The notes under the pieces were generated by a model. It saw nothing but the letters and a program-made list of their open reading frames with translations. It did not search any database and had not been told where the DNA came from. A program made the translations under genes and the position numbers. From Zygnema circumcarinatum SAG 698-1b (Eukaryota > Plantae > Zygnematophyceae), in the NCBI GenBank assembly GCA_037447605.1, contig CM074805.1, forward strand, positions 558,001-622,000: DNA of 64,000 bases. The letters are read 5' to 3'. Every line of letters begins with the position of its first letter. Within the stretch, counting starts at the first letter, position 1. This document shows, piece after piece, positions 1-12,738 of this stretch.

Positions 1-175
1 GGGCAGGCAGCAAGCAGGCAGGCAGACAGACATACAGACAAACAGGCAGGCAAACAGCCAACAGAGAGACATCGACAGACGCAGACTGATGGACGGTCGA
101 TTGAACAACCGACCGACAGACCAAAGACGGAAGGACGGACAGACAGACAGACAAATAGACAGGCAGTCGAGCAAC
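1..175. repeat. Degenerate (GCAG)n/(GACA)n tetranucleotide low-complexity tract, probably intronic in the RNF170-like gene
   Basis: Repeated gcag/gaca/gacg units visible directly. Confidence 0.7.
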
Positions 176-383
176 TTAAGAGCCGGAGGCGAAATTCAGC
201 AAACAACGTAAAAGGGGAGGAAGAAAGAAGACGTTGAAAGCGGCAAACTGCATCCTTCAAATGACTCCGGACTTGTAAGTAGAAAAGTGATATACATAAT
301 GAGCCTTAAAGCACTGAAAACTCTTCTGAACGGATACAGTCTTCTGCTACAGCTTAAAAGGAAGAAGGAGAAGTGAAGCTCAC

Positions 384-2211
384 ATTCTGGAATGATGTCG
401 GTGGGCGACAACACATAGAGCACCACCATCACAACCTGCAGCCACTCTCCATTTCGTGAAGCCCGTCAATGCAGATTATTTCATTTTGACCAAATGAAAC
501 AGGCTGTCTAAAGCTGTCCAAGCAGGCAGCCAGTTGTCAGTTGTTTGTGGCCGGCAAACGAGGAGTTCTCAAAATCCCTTAACCTCAATGTTACAGTCAT
601 CATCAGAATTGAAACCTAATTTCCTACCAATGTATGCATGAATCAAAGAGGTAACTGACACGCAGGTTTTCATATTATTGTTAACATCGGTTCACAACTG
701 TTAGGGACTTTAACAAGGCAGATGTGACATGGCATGCTTACACAGAACAGGATGCGGGCATTGTGCAGCAGACGAATGGCTCGATTGAGATCTGTGAATT
801 CCCAAGCAAGCCGACGAAGAAGGACCGGCATATCTCGTAATCGCTGCACTTTCCCATCCGATTCCGAGTTACAATGGCGGTTTACTGAGGTATCCCATTT
901 CGATATTCACATAAAAACCTTCAGAGATAAACATCTGTGCAAGAGGTTCGTCTCAACTAGGCTGAACATCCCCCTGAATCCACTTGTCTCACAATAATAC
1001 AAGATAAACGACTTTGGCCATCTTCACAGTGTGATACTCCGAGGAATAGTAATCCAATGATTCAGCAGGAGCAACAACAAATGGCCCTTCCTGGACAAGT
1101 TAAAAACGCAGACTCACCTGCATAATGCTAACAGGACCTCCACCAAAAAGCCGGTTATACTTAGCCACATCTTGGAGCATCCGCTGTGCCGCTGCACTCC
1201 GTTGCTCTACTGCCAGTGCCTGGCTGGGTATGAGCAATGTGATGGATCGTCGACAAATAGGGCATCGGCAGGGTGCCAGCACAGTACTGTGCTCCCACAC
1301 ACGCAATATACATTCACCTGGAACCCAGCCAAACTCCTCTCACATTGAAATGTACAAAATAAAATAGAAAAAAAGGATCTATGATTACCGAGTTAACATT
1401 TGAATCACTTGCACAGGTTCCTGGTATAGCTTCACTTTGTACTGAAAGGAGAAAACATCGCTGATCTACAGGCAGCGAGTACCCGCACAAGGCAGCTGAG
1501 TACAAAATTCACTCAAACTCATGAAAAAGCGCCACAGAGTACGGCAACAACTTGCGAACAGTATGATAACATAGGCGTTGCAAAGGGATCCGTTATTCAC
1601 ACGCTCAACAATTCACACAAAACGCATGGCATAGTGTGCTTGACTTTCATCTGCACTTACCACAAAACCAATGACTGCAATTGGCCTGACACGGCAAAGT
1701 AAATCCATCATGGCAGACTGAACAGAGGTCATTATCGGGCGGGCAATCCATCTCCGAGACTCGCGGTGATCTCGCATGCGAGTCCGCGTCTCCGTGTACC
1801 CTCTGTGCTGTATCCTCACTTGCCCTTGCACCTCCTGCTCGACCACGCCCTCGAGTCCAAAGACTCACTATCACGCGCCGCAATGCCGCTACACTGCCCT
1901 GAAACCATTGAAAAGGATTCCTGAAATCCAGCCATCACCAATCTCGCTTGAGCCATTGGACCCACGAATAGTGCAGAAGCAAACCTCACTAGAAGGTGAA
2001 AAGTATCAGTTTTACTGTCGCAAGCAAGGCAATACCGTCACCAGCAAGGGACTCCAGTCATTACGTCTTAATAACAGCACATATCCTGGCATGAAAAAAA
2101 TAAGCTTGAATTTTCGTACGTTCGCGAGGAGTGCCAAATAAGGAGGAGGGGCACAGCGGCAATAAGAGCCGCATACAGCACCTCGTCTCCCACGCCGTCG
2201 ATAAATGGCAT
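384..2211 (-). CDS. RNF170: RNF170-like ER-membrane RING E3 ubiquitin ligase (N-terminal TM, C3HC4 RING, DUF1232), 3' part beyond the window edge
   Basis: Predicted exons about 2120-2211 (MPFIDGVGDEVLYAALIAAVPLLLIW, like the RNF170 IEGVxDxV N-terminus), about 1661-1893 (DCPPDNDLCSVCHDGFTLPCQANCSHWFCG), 1118-1317 (ECILRVWEH...CPICRR...YNRLFGG), about 741-843 (RLRDMPVLLRRL) and 384-435 (VLYVLSPTDIIPE, DUF1232 motif); GT-AG boundaries. Confidence 0.88.
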
Positions 2212-2253
2212 TGGTTGCAACCTCCTCTTTAACAAAGAAGACAATAGTCTTTG

Positions 2254-3335
2254 CTAGCAGCGAACGACTAATAGTCGAGGCCTACATATACTTATCCGGC
2301 CTATATTCAACAAACCACTACACAAAACCTGCAGATAATTGCAGTTTCCTTGTTGCATTGAAAACATGCAACAGTTCTCCAAGCACTGTTTCCCGTTTCT
2401 TTCCTTCTCTAAGCTCCTTAAGCCTGCTTCGTCACTCAGCACAAACACCTCGTGGATATCTGCATAGGAGACGCTAACAAGCTCATTAGCTGACTTACAA
2501 AAGCACTGCTGACTTGCAAACTTACATTTTGATAATAAGACGCAACTGATGCATGCTTAGGCTGGAAATCACCAGCGTGAGTATACATGCTGGTGATTGC
2601 GCGTTGTATTCGTTCATGCGACCACAAGACCTCTTAAGTTGCAAGGCAACTGAACAAAGTAGACCTTTCTGAATAGCACTAGAAAACAACAAAAATGCCT
2701 GCCGTTGATTCACGCGTAGCTGCCATCTCTTCGTCATTTCAATTTGGCTTACAGCGATATTCTCATACTATTCATACAAACTCCTCAGATTTGTCTGGTA
2801 ACTTACAAAGAAAATGTATATGAGATAATGGAATGTGCAAGGGAAGAAGATAGACTGGAGGTGACTGCATGAACCTAAGCAAGCAACAAAAAGCACAACA
2901 GAGTACAACTAGAGTGGGCGGGAGGCCATTAGAATTCCAACCCTCTCACAAATTTAAGAGTTAATAAACACTCAAAGCAGATACCACAATATGGTAATTC
3001 ATTTCATTAAAATGCATACTCCAGGTTTCATGGACTCACTTGATAGAGGCCAAGCACAAACAAAACGAGCAGGAATAAAGCCTGCAAAATCACAGTGTCA
3101 TATTTTTTCAGATGAGTAAATAAGTATTACAACGAAGCGTCATAGAGATCAATACGCGTCCTGTTATTGAAACCCTTCCAGTTGCAAAAAATGAAGCTCT
3201 CACCGAGTGAAAGTCGGTCTCAAAAAGCGGCACAATCTGGGCGTTCTGCAGGCCCTGCTGCCGCCTCTGCTCCTCTGCGCTACCGCCGCTCTCTCCGCTC
3301 GACCCTGCGACGGACTTCCCTGAAGGAGGCGCCAT
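2254..3335 (-). CDS. Small spliced ORF of unknown function with one hydrophobic segment; 3' exons uncertain
   Basis: ATG in good context (gcagccATGG) at 3335. Exons 3204-3335 (MAPPSG...FETDFHS), 3040-3081 (ALFLLVLFVLGLYQ) and 2807-2864 join in frame with canonical gtgag/gtaagt donors and tgcag acceptors. A further donor lies at 2525 and an acceptor near 2459. No recognisable family. Confidence 0.45.
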
Positions 3336-4031
3336 GGCTGCCTTCCTGCAGCAACGTCCACGTGGCCGCAGGCGGCAATCGGATAATTTGCAACTTTCAA
3401 AGCCGCCACTTTCAAAACTCCGTGTGACGCAGTTACATAACGCTGTTGAGTTCGACAGCAATTTGAGCTGGCTCTCACGGATCTCTCCAGTTCTAGTTAC
3501 AGTTCACGTGAAAGGGATGTTTCAGACCTGTACAAACATGTACGGACGAAGGTGATGGTACGGCGGCGGGCAACGCGGGAACTGGAATTTGAACATGGAG
3601 CACATGTAGCCGCGACTGCTTTGGCTCGTGACTGACTAACCCTGGCCAATTGGGGTTAGTCAAGTCAGTGGCTAGTCAGTGACAGAGAAATGAAGTTAGA
3701 GAATGCGATGCCATCAAAGGCCCATAGACAAAGCCAACATGGAGAACCACGAGGAACCAACTGGTCGGAAATGGCCAAGGGACGGCAAAGCTACTAGTGA
3801 AACTCTGCTTCTAGGCCCAACAACACCACGGCTCTCTAGGCAGTTGAAATCAAAAAAAGTACTAAAATTTCCCTTTGAATATCTATTTCGCAGGAAATCA
3901 TGTACCTGTTTCGATTGCTCTTGTTTCAGAAAATGTCAAAGAGTTTGAAACGCCCTGCAGCACCGAATTCATGGGCCAAAAAGACCCTACGCCTACGGGC
4001 CTACGGCCTACGGCCCTACCAGGCTACTACC

Positions 4032-4234
4032 GTACGGCATATTGACTTTCACGAGGCTCTCTGCGCCCGCCGGGACCTGGCGTGGTCCGTATGGCTCGTA
4101 CGTATAGTACACTCCCACGTCACCCCGTACGGTGCCGACTTCTCCGCCAATCACGCTCGCCCGAGCGAACCTTCGTCGTCGTACGGGTGTACCAATTCTG
4201 TATATACCGTACTGTCTTGACGGTCTGTCCGTAC
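4032..4234. promoter_or_regulatory. Cluster of 8 GTAC (mostly CGTAC) motifs upstream of MsrB copy 1; SBP-box/CuRE-type core
   Basis: GTAC at 4032, 4098, 4107, 4127, 4181, 4189, 4209, 4231. Confidence 0.5.
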
Positions 4235-4560
4235 GAAGGGAAGGAGAGGACGAAGGTGCGGGAGGGCAGCGAGAGAGCGAGAGAGATCGGCCTTATAAGC
4301 TGCGGCCATGGACTGCTTGTCTCACAGTCCTGCTCGAGCCTCTACCTGAAACTTCTCCATTTCCTTGAGTACTCTGTCGTATTTTTTTTCATCTTACAGC
4401 CGCCTCACCGGCAGGATCTCTGCAGCCGCACACGTTAAGCAGTCCAGTTTTTTTTGGCGGGGAGGTCCTTTTCTTTGCTGTGTGCACATTCGTCGGAAGG
4501 GCAGGGATCTCGCATAGAGGTAGAGAAAGATCTACAGGAATAAAAGAGACGAGAAGAAGT

Positions 4561-5660
4561 ATGGCGACCGCTGTTAAGAAGAGCGATGAGGAGTGGCGGG
4601 CGGTCTTGAGTCCCGAACAGTTTCGCATTCTCCGGAAGAAGGGCACAGAGTAAGAGCTTCTTGCAGCAGGGATAGTGGAGGGAGGGTTAGAAGCGACCTG
4701 GAAGAGGCGAGAGGTGAAGGGGACGGTGGGGAGGTGATTTGGATGTTTTTTTTTCAGTTGCTTCTTTGGTGACGCAATTTGTGGAGAAACCAGGTAGCAG
4801 ATTTTTAGTATACTGATATGTCTGTAATGTGCGAGTTGCAGGTATCCTGGCACGGGGGAGTACAACAAGCACTACGACGAGGGAGTGTACACATGCGCCG
4901 GGTGCGGAACGCCTCTCTACAAATCGACGACCAAGTTCAACTCCGGCTGCGGCTGGCCGGCGTTTTTCGACGGCATTCCTGGCGCAATCAGCAGAACTGT
5001 AAGCCTTTATTAATAGACCTTTCTTAGCTTGCTCTTGATGTAATGTGGAGCCTTGTGAGGGAGCTGAGTCTGGCCAGTGCTTGAAGCAGTAGACGAGTTA
5101 AGATTTCATCACATCTCCAGCTTGACGTTTCCAGAAAGAGGGAGAGTTTGAGGGGCTTGTTTCATGGTGATGGGATGTGCTGGCTAGACAGGTTAGCTGA
5201 CTTGAAGATATTTAGATTCAATAGCTACGGATTTTTCGTCCACTTAGTTTCCTAGTCTGATATGTTTCAAAACATTTGTGTTTATGCTGCTTTTAACCCT
5301 TCTTTTTATGACTGGTAACTACATAAGTTGGGAAAATCGGAGGCTTCATCTTGATTCTTTAAATGTATCTACTGTTGAAAGTGTTCGTCAGTCGCCAGTG
5401 GATTCAAGAATGGCTAGTTCGTTTGCACGACTTGCTGTCCAAACCCATGCTGCTTCACTGTCGTATGTGGTATGCTGAATTAGAATTGTTGTTTTCTCCT
5501 TGTGCAGGTTGATTCAGACGGGAGAAGGATCGAAATAACCTGCACTGCATGCGGAGGACATCTCGGCCACGTCTTCAAGGGAGAAGGCTTTCCCACTCCC
5601 ATTGATGAGCGCCACTGTGTGAACAGTGTCTCGTTGAAATTCACTCCAGCCAATGAGTAG
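4561..5660 (+). CDS. MSRB: Peptide methionine-R-sulfoxide reductase B, copy 1 (no transit peptide, predicted cytosolic)
   Basis: join(4561..4649,4842..4998,5508..5660): [37 protein letters not shown]...CAGC...SGCGWPAF...[16 protein letters not shown]...RHCVNS. Both Zn-binding CxxC pairs and the catalytic RHCVNS motif are present. Confidence 0.96.
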
Positions 5661-6117
5661 AATTTTTTTAAAGCGCGGGACTTTTTTCAAAGGGGAATTA
5701 GCAGTTCACAACTTGAAACGGACGAGTGTGTATATGGGAACGGGGAGGGAGAAAGGCCTCAGAGAAGAATAGACGAGCTTTACTTCACCACATCGAGGGG
5801 CGACCTCACCAGGCTCCAGCCTCCATATATGGTGCCGGGGAGATGGAGCCGTCTTTGAGATTTCAATTGAAAAAGATTTGTATTAAGGGATTGATTGGAG
5901 AAGAAATGAACTTAAGTTGAAATTGCTACAGTGTACATTTGAACACCGATTTGTGTGGTAAAACATTTACCGCAACCTTTTTGTATAGACGGTTTTACAT
6001 AATTGAATCCCTTTGAGAGGGGCATCCTACTTTTTATTTGTGCCCAAAATAGTAGTGCCTGTACTGTCATTTATGATGTGTTGAATGCCAGGCTGTCGAG
6101 TAGACACTTCTGTATCA

Positions 6118-6435
6118 CGAAGGGGGGAGGAGCAGGAAGGGAGAGGGACGGAAAAGAAAGGAGACAGGAAGGAGAGAGGGGAGGACGGACGAGGAGCAGG
6201 ACGAAAGGGGGAAGGATGGGAGAGGTGGAGGAAGGAAGGAGGCAGGAAAGGAGCAGGAAGGAAGGGGGGAGGATGGGAGAGGGAGGGGAAAGAAAGGAGG
6301 CAGGAAAGGAGCAGGACGATGGGGGAGGATGGGAAGGAAAGGAGACAGGAAAGGAGAGGGACAAAAAGGGGGAGGAGGGGAGAGGGAAGGGAAAGACACG
6401 AGACAGGAAAGGAGGAGGGCGAAAAAGACAAGATC
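6118..6435. repeat. Purine-rich (GA/GGA) low-complexity tract
   Basis: Almost pure A/G; generates spurious ORFs on both strands. Confidence 0.8.
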
Positions 6436-6789
6436 GGAGAGAGACATTGTCTTGCCATCCTCCGATGAGAAATTAATAAAGTCGGGAAATTAGAAGTACA
6501 AAAAGATCATTTTGATACGTCTTTGTCTTCTATTCCATTCAAGTACCACCCAGTCCTATTGCGCCTCTGCTCTACCACAATGTAATGACGTCCGAGGCCC
6601 CTAGCGGCCCTAGCGTCTCTCTGTTTGAATTTAAAAAAAAAAAAAAAGGAAAAAATGAATACTGGAGTTTCTGCCTTCCATAGAGTCAACCACCAAGGCC
6701 CATCTCTGCCATCTCTCGCTCTCACTTCTCCAGCCTTGCCACTATTGCCAAGTGATAGGAGTCCAGAAATCCTGTCATCGTTTCAAGTC

Positions 6790-9700
6790 TGAAATATCAT
6801 ACAAGGGAGTCTGGTCGTCTCTCCATGACCCTGCACATGGGAGACGACGTCATGAGAGTGTATCCTGAGAGGGACCTTTCAACAAAGGAACGGCGAGGAG
6901 AAGTCAGACATAGTCCGGTAATTTTGGTAAGCAATGACAGAAGTATGAGAGAAAAGCAGGCAAGGAGGAAGGAGCTTCCAAGAAAGTTCCTTGGCCCAGG
7001 GGGCACCAACAGAAGCCTCACAAGGGGAGGACGAGGGGTGCGAAAGCAAAAGTACTGAGAGTAGGAAGTAAGGATGTTGTAGAAAGGCCATAGCTTTGAC
7101 ATACCTGAGCCAGGAAGGCGCCAAGGGGCAGCCAGAGGCTGTGCCCTCATCCATCTAGGTAGCCTTCGTTCCCTTACTCTATCTACTCTCACTTGAGTGG
7201 GTTCTTCTCTCGCCTTCTCGTCTCCGTCCTGGCCACTATGGTCGACCGTGTCTCTGTTGGCAGCACTGGCACGTCCTATGCAGCCTGTAATCCGTCGAGC
7301 CAACTGGCCTACTGCCCATGTTCTATGCCAGGGGGCCATTTGGAGGACCTGACTCGCCCAAATCACAGCTTGAATGTATGAGTACACTAAGGTAACCCTA
7401 AGGTAGGAACACCTCATTATTTTGCAAGTCAATGGGGCATAATCTGAAAGGGCAGTCGGCTGAAACTATAGCAAGACAGTAACTTGCAGGAACGAAAAGT
7501 TGGATCCCATATTTCTAGACAAGTCGCTGAGGTGAGATTTTGTTTCCATCTTGTGGAACCAAAGCATGCGTTTTTGCTGATTGTTGAATCTCTCATAGAA
7601 AAAGTAAAAGGCCATAAAGTAAGTCCCTTCATAGTTGAAGGGACCACAGTTCCGAAGAAGGTGAAGAAAGGAATGGAGAAATCGCTCACCTCATCAGAAT
7701 TAAAGCATTCAAGTAAAACTCCTCCCCTCCGAGGAACTGCGAGCTCCCTCCAGCCCATGGGAAAAACCCCAAATTGGCGGGCCAATTCCTGCAACCCACT
7801 CAATGAAGCCCATTTTATTAGCACCATGGTGCTGAGAAATGCTAGTAAGAACACACCTTCTCCAACGGGAGAGCAAAACTTCGGTCGCACTGCCTACAAA
7901 AGTGAATCTGCATTTCAGATGGAAAACAATGGACAAAACATAGGACGACTTTCTCAACAACACAAGCAGCTTTTAAGTAAGTACGCATACGCTGTTCAGT
8001 GGAGCCGCCTCATCTCCAATGACCCCCAAAACAAATCCACGATGATCGGCAGCTGAGCCCTGCACCCACTTATACCCGCTTACACCCTGTTACCGACAAC
8101 AACCTATAACAGCAGTGCTGTCAATACATTCGTGATCAGATTCATCATCAACTGTCAATTGCATAGACAGAAAAAAATCAAACAGCCTTCTAGAAACCTT
8201 GCCTTCCAAAAGGTTGGACTGGTATGACCTTCCAAACCATAGAGCAAAAAGTCCCACCTGGCCGTGAATCTCAAGAACGGGAGATCCCCTCAAAGTCTGC
8301 AAATGCCCGCATTAGTCATGTCAGCTCCACTCTGCCTCTCCAGAAATTCCTCACGCTCGTAACTTACTTACCAGCTGCCCTCTTATAACATAAAACCCAG
8401 CGACTGATTGAGCAGGGCCTAAGGTTCAACCCCAATCCTGCCTACAAGAGTGTAGGAAATGTCAAAAAAATCACTACCTGGCGAGACACCCAGTTAAGAT
8501 ATTCCTCCCATCGCAGGTTCGGTGCATCCCGGTCAGGTCGAAGCACATCCCAACCTGTGCTCCGAAGTCGCTGCTCCACTGCATTAGCCACCTGGAAACC
8601 CTTCCAAGCCACATCTTGTTAATGAGAATTCATCCGATTGATACGACAAAGCTGGAGAAATACAGCACAAGAATCAGAAACTTTCAAGTGAGCATGTCGC
8701 TCCTTCAAGCAATCCCCACCTCAAGATTGAATTCTCGTTCTCCAGATGCTCCTGGTTCAAATCCAGGATCTATCCAGTGACCAGGAACAACAGTTATCAC
8801 GCCTGTTTTGCCTATTGCCGCTGAAGCCCTCAAATATGTGCTCGTGCGTTTGGGGGGATCTCTCCTGCCCTGTGTGATCGGCAGCAGCATCCCACTCATC
8901 TAAGGCTCTTTCTTACTCACATTAGTGGACTAGGGTTTTGAAAACTAAGACAAACTGCTTTTCTACAACTTCGACGCCTATATAATCGAAAGATTGAAAA
9001 TGTGGAACACTGCTTAGTCTACAGAGCAGTGTCTCCCATTATAATTTGTGGAAGGAAAAGGGAAGCGTTCACACCAGAGTGCCAATGATCTGCGTCACTT
9101 TGAGTCGCTGTAAGTGTAAGCTACGGAGAAGCTGTCCTCCCAAGCTTTGCTGTGAGGTGGTCGGCACATCCAATGCCACGGCTACGTCCTGCATTTGTAC
9201 CATCATTGGACTCCCCTTGCAGCTCAGTAACAACCCATTTCTGCGATATTCAGACAATTATCTGCTGCTCTTCACAACAAAAAATTGCAGGCTTTCGTCA
9301 AATACACATAAATGCCAGAGAAGACTATTTTCTGCTGCTCTTCAGGAACGTTAAAGGGTTCTTAACAAATAACATCCGTGCCCGAAATCCCTTGATTTCA
9401 GTACATCTCTCGCATGCGGCTCACAGTCAAAATGTGTTCAGAGAATCTCTTGCATTCACGGGCAGCTTAAAATATGTGGAAGACAGACACAATCTAGCCA
9501 GCGAAAAGAGCATACCAATCTGCAATCTCGCGTAACGGGCAAACCGCGATGATATTGCAGTCGCAGAGCATCCTCTTTGGGCAGCCGCCACGTTTTCAAC
9601 TGAAAGCAACACCAGAGATGAAGATCAGGAAAATGCTGAAAGACACATCAAATATGTATTAGAAACGAACAGAACAAGCGAGAGGGAGTTCAGTCTGTGT

Positions 9701-10100
9701 TCATCTCTTGTTATTGGACAAGCAGCCTTCACGAACGATATAGCAGCAGCATATGATAGCCGTCCTTCTATTTTCAATCAGGATGGAAACTAAAGTATGG
9801 AGGAGGACATGAATTTGAGGACGAGGAGGTTAGGCTGCTTGTGCCAAGTTTCCAAACGACCTGAGACCTTTCGAGTAAGCATTGGTCTGTGAGAGAACAG
9901 CAGGTTCATTCCTGAGAAATGAAAGCTGCACACCAAGGGCTAAAGATGGCTATATCAGCTCACCAAATCAGCAGGATGCCAATGCAGCTCCAGCGACCAG
10001 GAGGGAATGAGTGGATGGTGGCTTTCCTGGCTGGCCTGATCATATGGCCAAAGCCCCAAAATGAGGTGGGAAGGCACCAATAAAATAGAGAAACAATTCA
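6790..10100 (+). mobile_element. Highly decayed non-LTR retrotransposon (L1/Tx1-like ORF2 remnants); ends undefined
   Basis: Motif relics in the expected order, broken by stops and frameshifts: frameshifted SD-HSPVIL (APE endonuclease end, about 6903), LQPMGKTP (about 7750), NQTAF (about 8176), YDK (about 8642), IYPVTR...AAEALKYVL (RT, about 8770-8845), W..PK...G-like (about 10040). Confidence 0.45.
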
Positions 10101-11816
10101 GACTTGAAAATTTTCCCTTCAAACTAGGTATCCTTACATCAGAACAGAAATTTCAAGTTCGTCTGCTCTGACAATCATGGCAATGGAAGAGCAAAAACAT
10201 CACCCCAATGGACGAGCAAGAATGATGCAAAAGTGCCCTCAAGAAACCAATGCCGCCAAGCGCACCTTTAACGATGCTCGCACGCCAAACTTGCTGGTAC
10301 CGACTGAAAAAACTCTTTTAATTGTCAATGCAGGATTTGGGAGTAGCTCCAATGTCGGCCTTAATGCTGCGAAGCCACCAGTATTCCGGACTAGTTTGTC
10401 AACACATAGAGAGGAAATCGGCCTAGTCAAAATGACGTGGCAACTCTAGAAGCGACCCTGACAAAAGCGTAGGAGACCAAATTATAAACTTGAGAGCAGG
10501 CACAGTTCAGAGAGTGCTGACCCAGCTTGCCGAAGACGGGCGATAGCACCTTGATGCGGGCCGCAGGCCGCAAAGCAAATCTCGTTCCTGCAGATGTTTG
10601 CCGACCCATGTCCAGGTCTGCTTTCCACCCTAGAAGTACAGCTAAAGGAACACCCTGCCAGCGCCAGCGCCCATCATCACCTGCAAGGGGAAGATAGAAC
10701 AGCTGCTTACAGTCTGAAAGAAGAAGGAATGAGATTAAGCTGACCTTGTTCTACACACAATTGAGTGTGACAGTTGTTGGACTCAAGAAACGTGGAGTCT
10801 GAAACAAACTGTGAGTTGTGAGAAAGCAAACAGCATAACAAACAAAAGTTTTCAGAAATACTGCAGCTCCAATAGCTGTATTGTTTGGAGCTGAGCTGTA
10901 ATTCAGTATTGGTTGCTATGACTCATGTCAAGGGATGCTGAGTCCACACCAAGGCCCATTATCTGCGGTAAGGAGAAACCACGCAGCACTCCTAGTCGTG
11001 GACAGAGGCGTCTCTTTGAGCCCCACTCTTCGACCTCCCGGAGCTGCAAAGCTACTTTCCATCGATAATCCTGCATTGGAGCAGAGTCTCCGTATTCAGA
11101 AAACATTTTCCAAGCATAGCTCCAAAGGCAAGTGAAGAGTTAATGTCAGAAAGCTAGGAAGAACCATACCCTTCCAGGCACCTTCTCCCCTCTCAACAGC
11201 GGTATAGGGTAGAACCGAGGCAAGACATAAGCTTCATGAGGCCGCGCGAAGCAGCGCCTCCCCACGCACTGCAGTTCTTCCTCGTCATCCTCCGCCATGG
11301 CCAGGGCCGCGGAGCTCTCTGCGACTGAGAAGCTCAGGGATCTTTCCTCTAAGGGCGACATCAGCTCGCCATGAAGGACCCCCCTCCGCCTTAAAGCCGC
11401 CACAGGAGGGAGGGCCCTTATATGCTCACCCCCTAATCTAAAAACCAGGCCAATTTCAGGGGGCAGTGCGCCGCCCGCCGACTTAGCAGAGTACGAAATA
11501 TGAACACATGTGAGTGCTAAAAATGTATAGAATGAGTACATACAGTTGTGCAGTACAGGGAATCGCGCGCCTGGTGGATCGGGAGGCGGTCGGTACAATT
11601 GCAGAGTACGCATTTTGAGAAGGTGTCCAAATACAGGAAAGAAAGTTAGTACTGCGCAAATTCTTGATACAGGGCACCTTATCTTGCTTCAGGATACAGG
11701 AAACCAGGGGAGGCTAAATAGTTGCAGGCAGAGGCAGTGGTAGGAGGCGATTCTTTCTGGCTGGAGTGCGTGGTAATATTATCTCTCAGTCTACTTGTTA
11801 GACTGTGCAGGATTGA

Positions 11817-11905
11817 ATAAAAAAAAAAAATAATAATATATTTTATTTATATATATATATATATTTTTATTATATATATTTATAATATAAAAATATATTA
11901 TATTG
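11817..11905. repeat. AT-only low-complexity/(TA)n tract
   Basis: Direct composition. Confidence 0.8.
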
Positions 11906-12738
11906 AGTAAGAGGGTGGAAAAGTGAAGCTCTTCTTGCATATATGTAAGTTGTCATGCACTTCTGTATGCAAATTGCTTTCCTGCTGCCTGTCTAAAGGA
12001 GCGGCCTGAGATATGAAGATTCCTGTTCATGCATGCTTCGCATGTTACTACTGTGCCGCATTCATGCGCCTTTTACATGCTGGCCGCATTCTTGTTCCTC
12101 GGTTTGTTCATCCAATGTCGCTTTACGTTTTTACAACGGTTGACAGAAACATGTAGCGATCGTCGCTTAAATTTTTTTCGCATGCAGCTCTTTTCTTGGG
12201 ATTGTTATTCACTCTGTTATCATGTGCAAAAAGTTGCTGTCTCCTGCCGGGTTGATATGACGGAGGAGCTTTCGACGCCGCTTAGAACGAAATGGCCGCG
12301 GCGATGGATTCATCCTTTTCTTCCAATGCGTCTTTTGGAAGATTTGAGGAGGAGGAGCCCATGGTTTGCAATGGGAGCTCAGTGGAGGATAGATTGTGCT
12401 GCGAGATGAAGAAGTGAAGCGAATCTGGATGCTTTGAAAAATGAGGTAAAACCTGGTCTTTCGCTCTCTCCCACGCTCTCTGTCTCTTTCCCCTCCACTC
12501 TCTTTCTCTCCCTCTCTCCTTTTCTCTCTCCCCTCTCTCCCTCTCCCTCTTTGTTCAGCTATTGTGTTTCTTTGCATACAGCTAGCAATAGACATGCCGG
12601 AAGAAAACGAGGGCAGAAAGGGGCAGATGGGGAACATCCAAATCGTTGAAGTGGAAGGAAATGGTGCCGCAACCCATCAACTTGAAATTGATATTGTAGC
12701 TGAATTTCAGTTTTTGTTTGTGTCTTTTCGTTCTGCAG

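Noticed and set aside
4561-5660. Possible selenoprotein MsrB
   Set aside because: The catalytic residue is an ordinary Cys codon (RHCVNS) in both copies; no in-frame TGA in the mature domain
8474-8530. actacctggcgagacacc, faintly like a U1 snRNA 5' end
   Set aside because: Lacks the exact ATACTTACCTGG start, the loop motifs and an Sm site; lies within the decayed LINE
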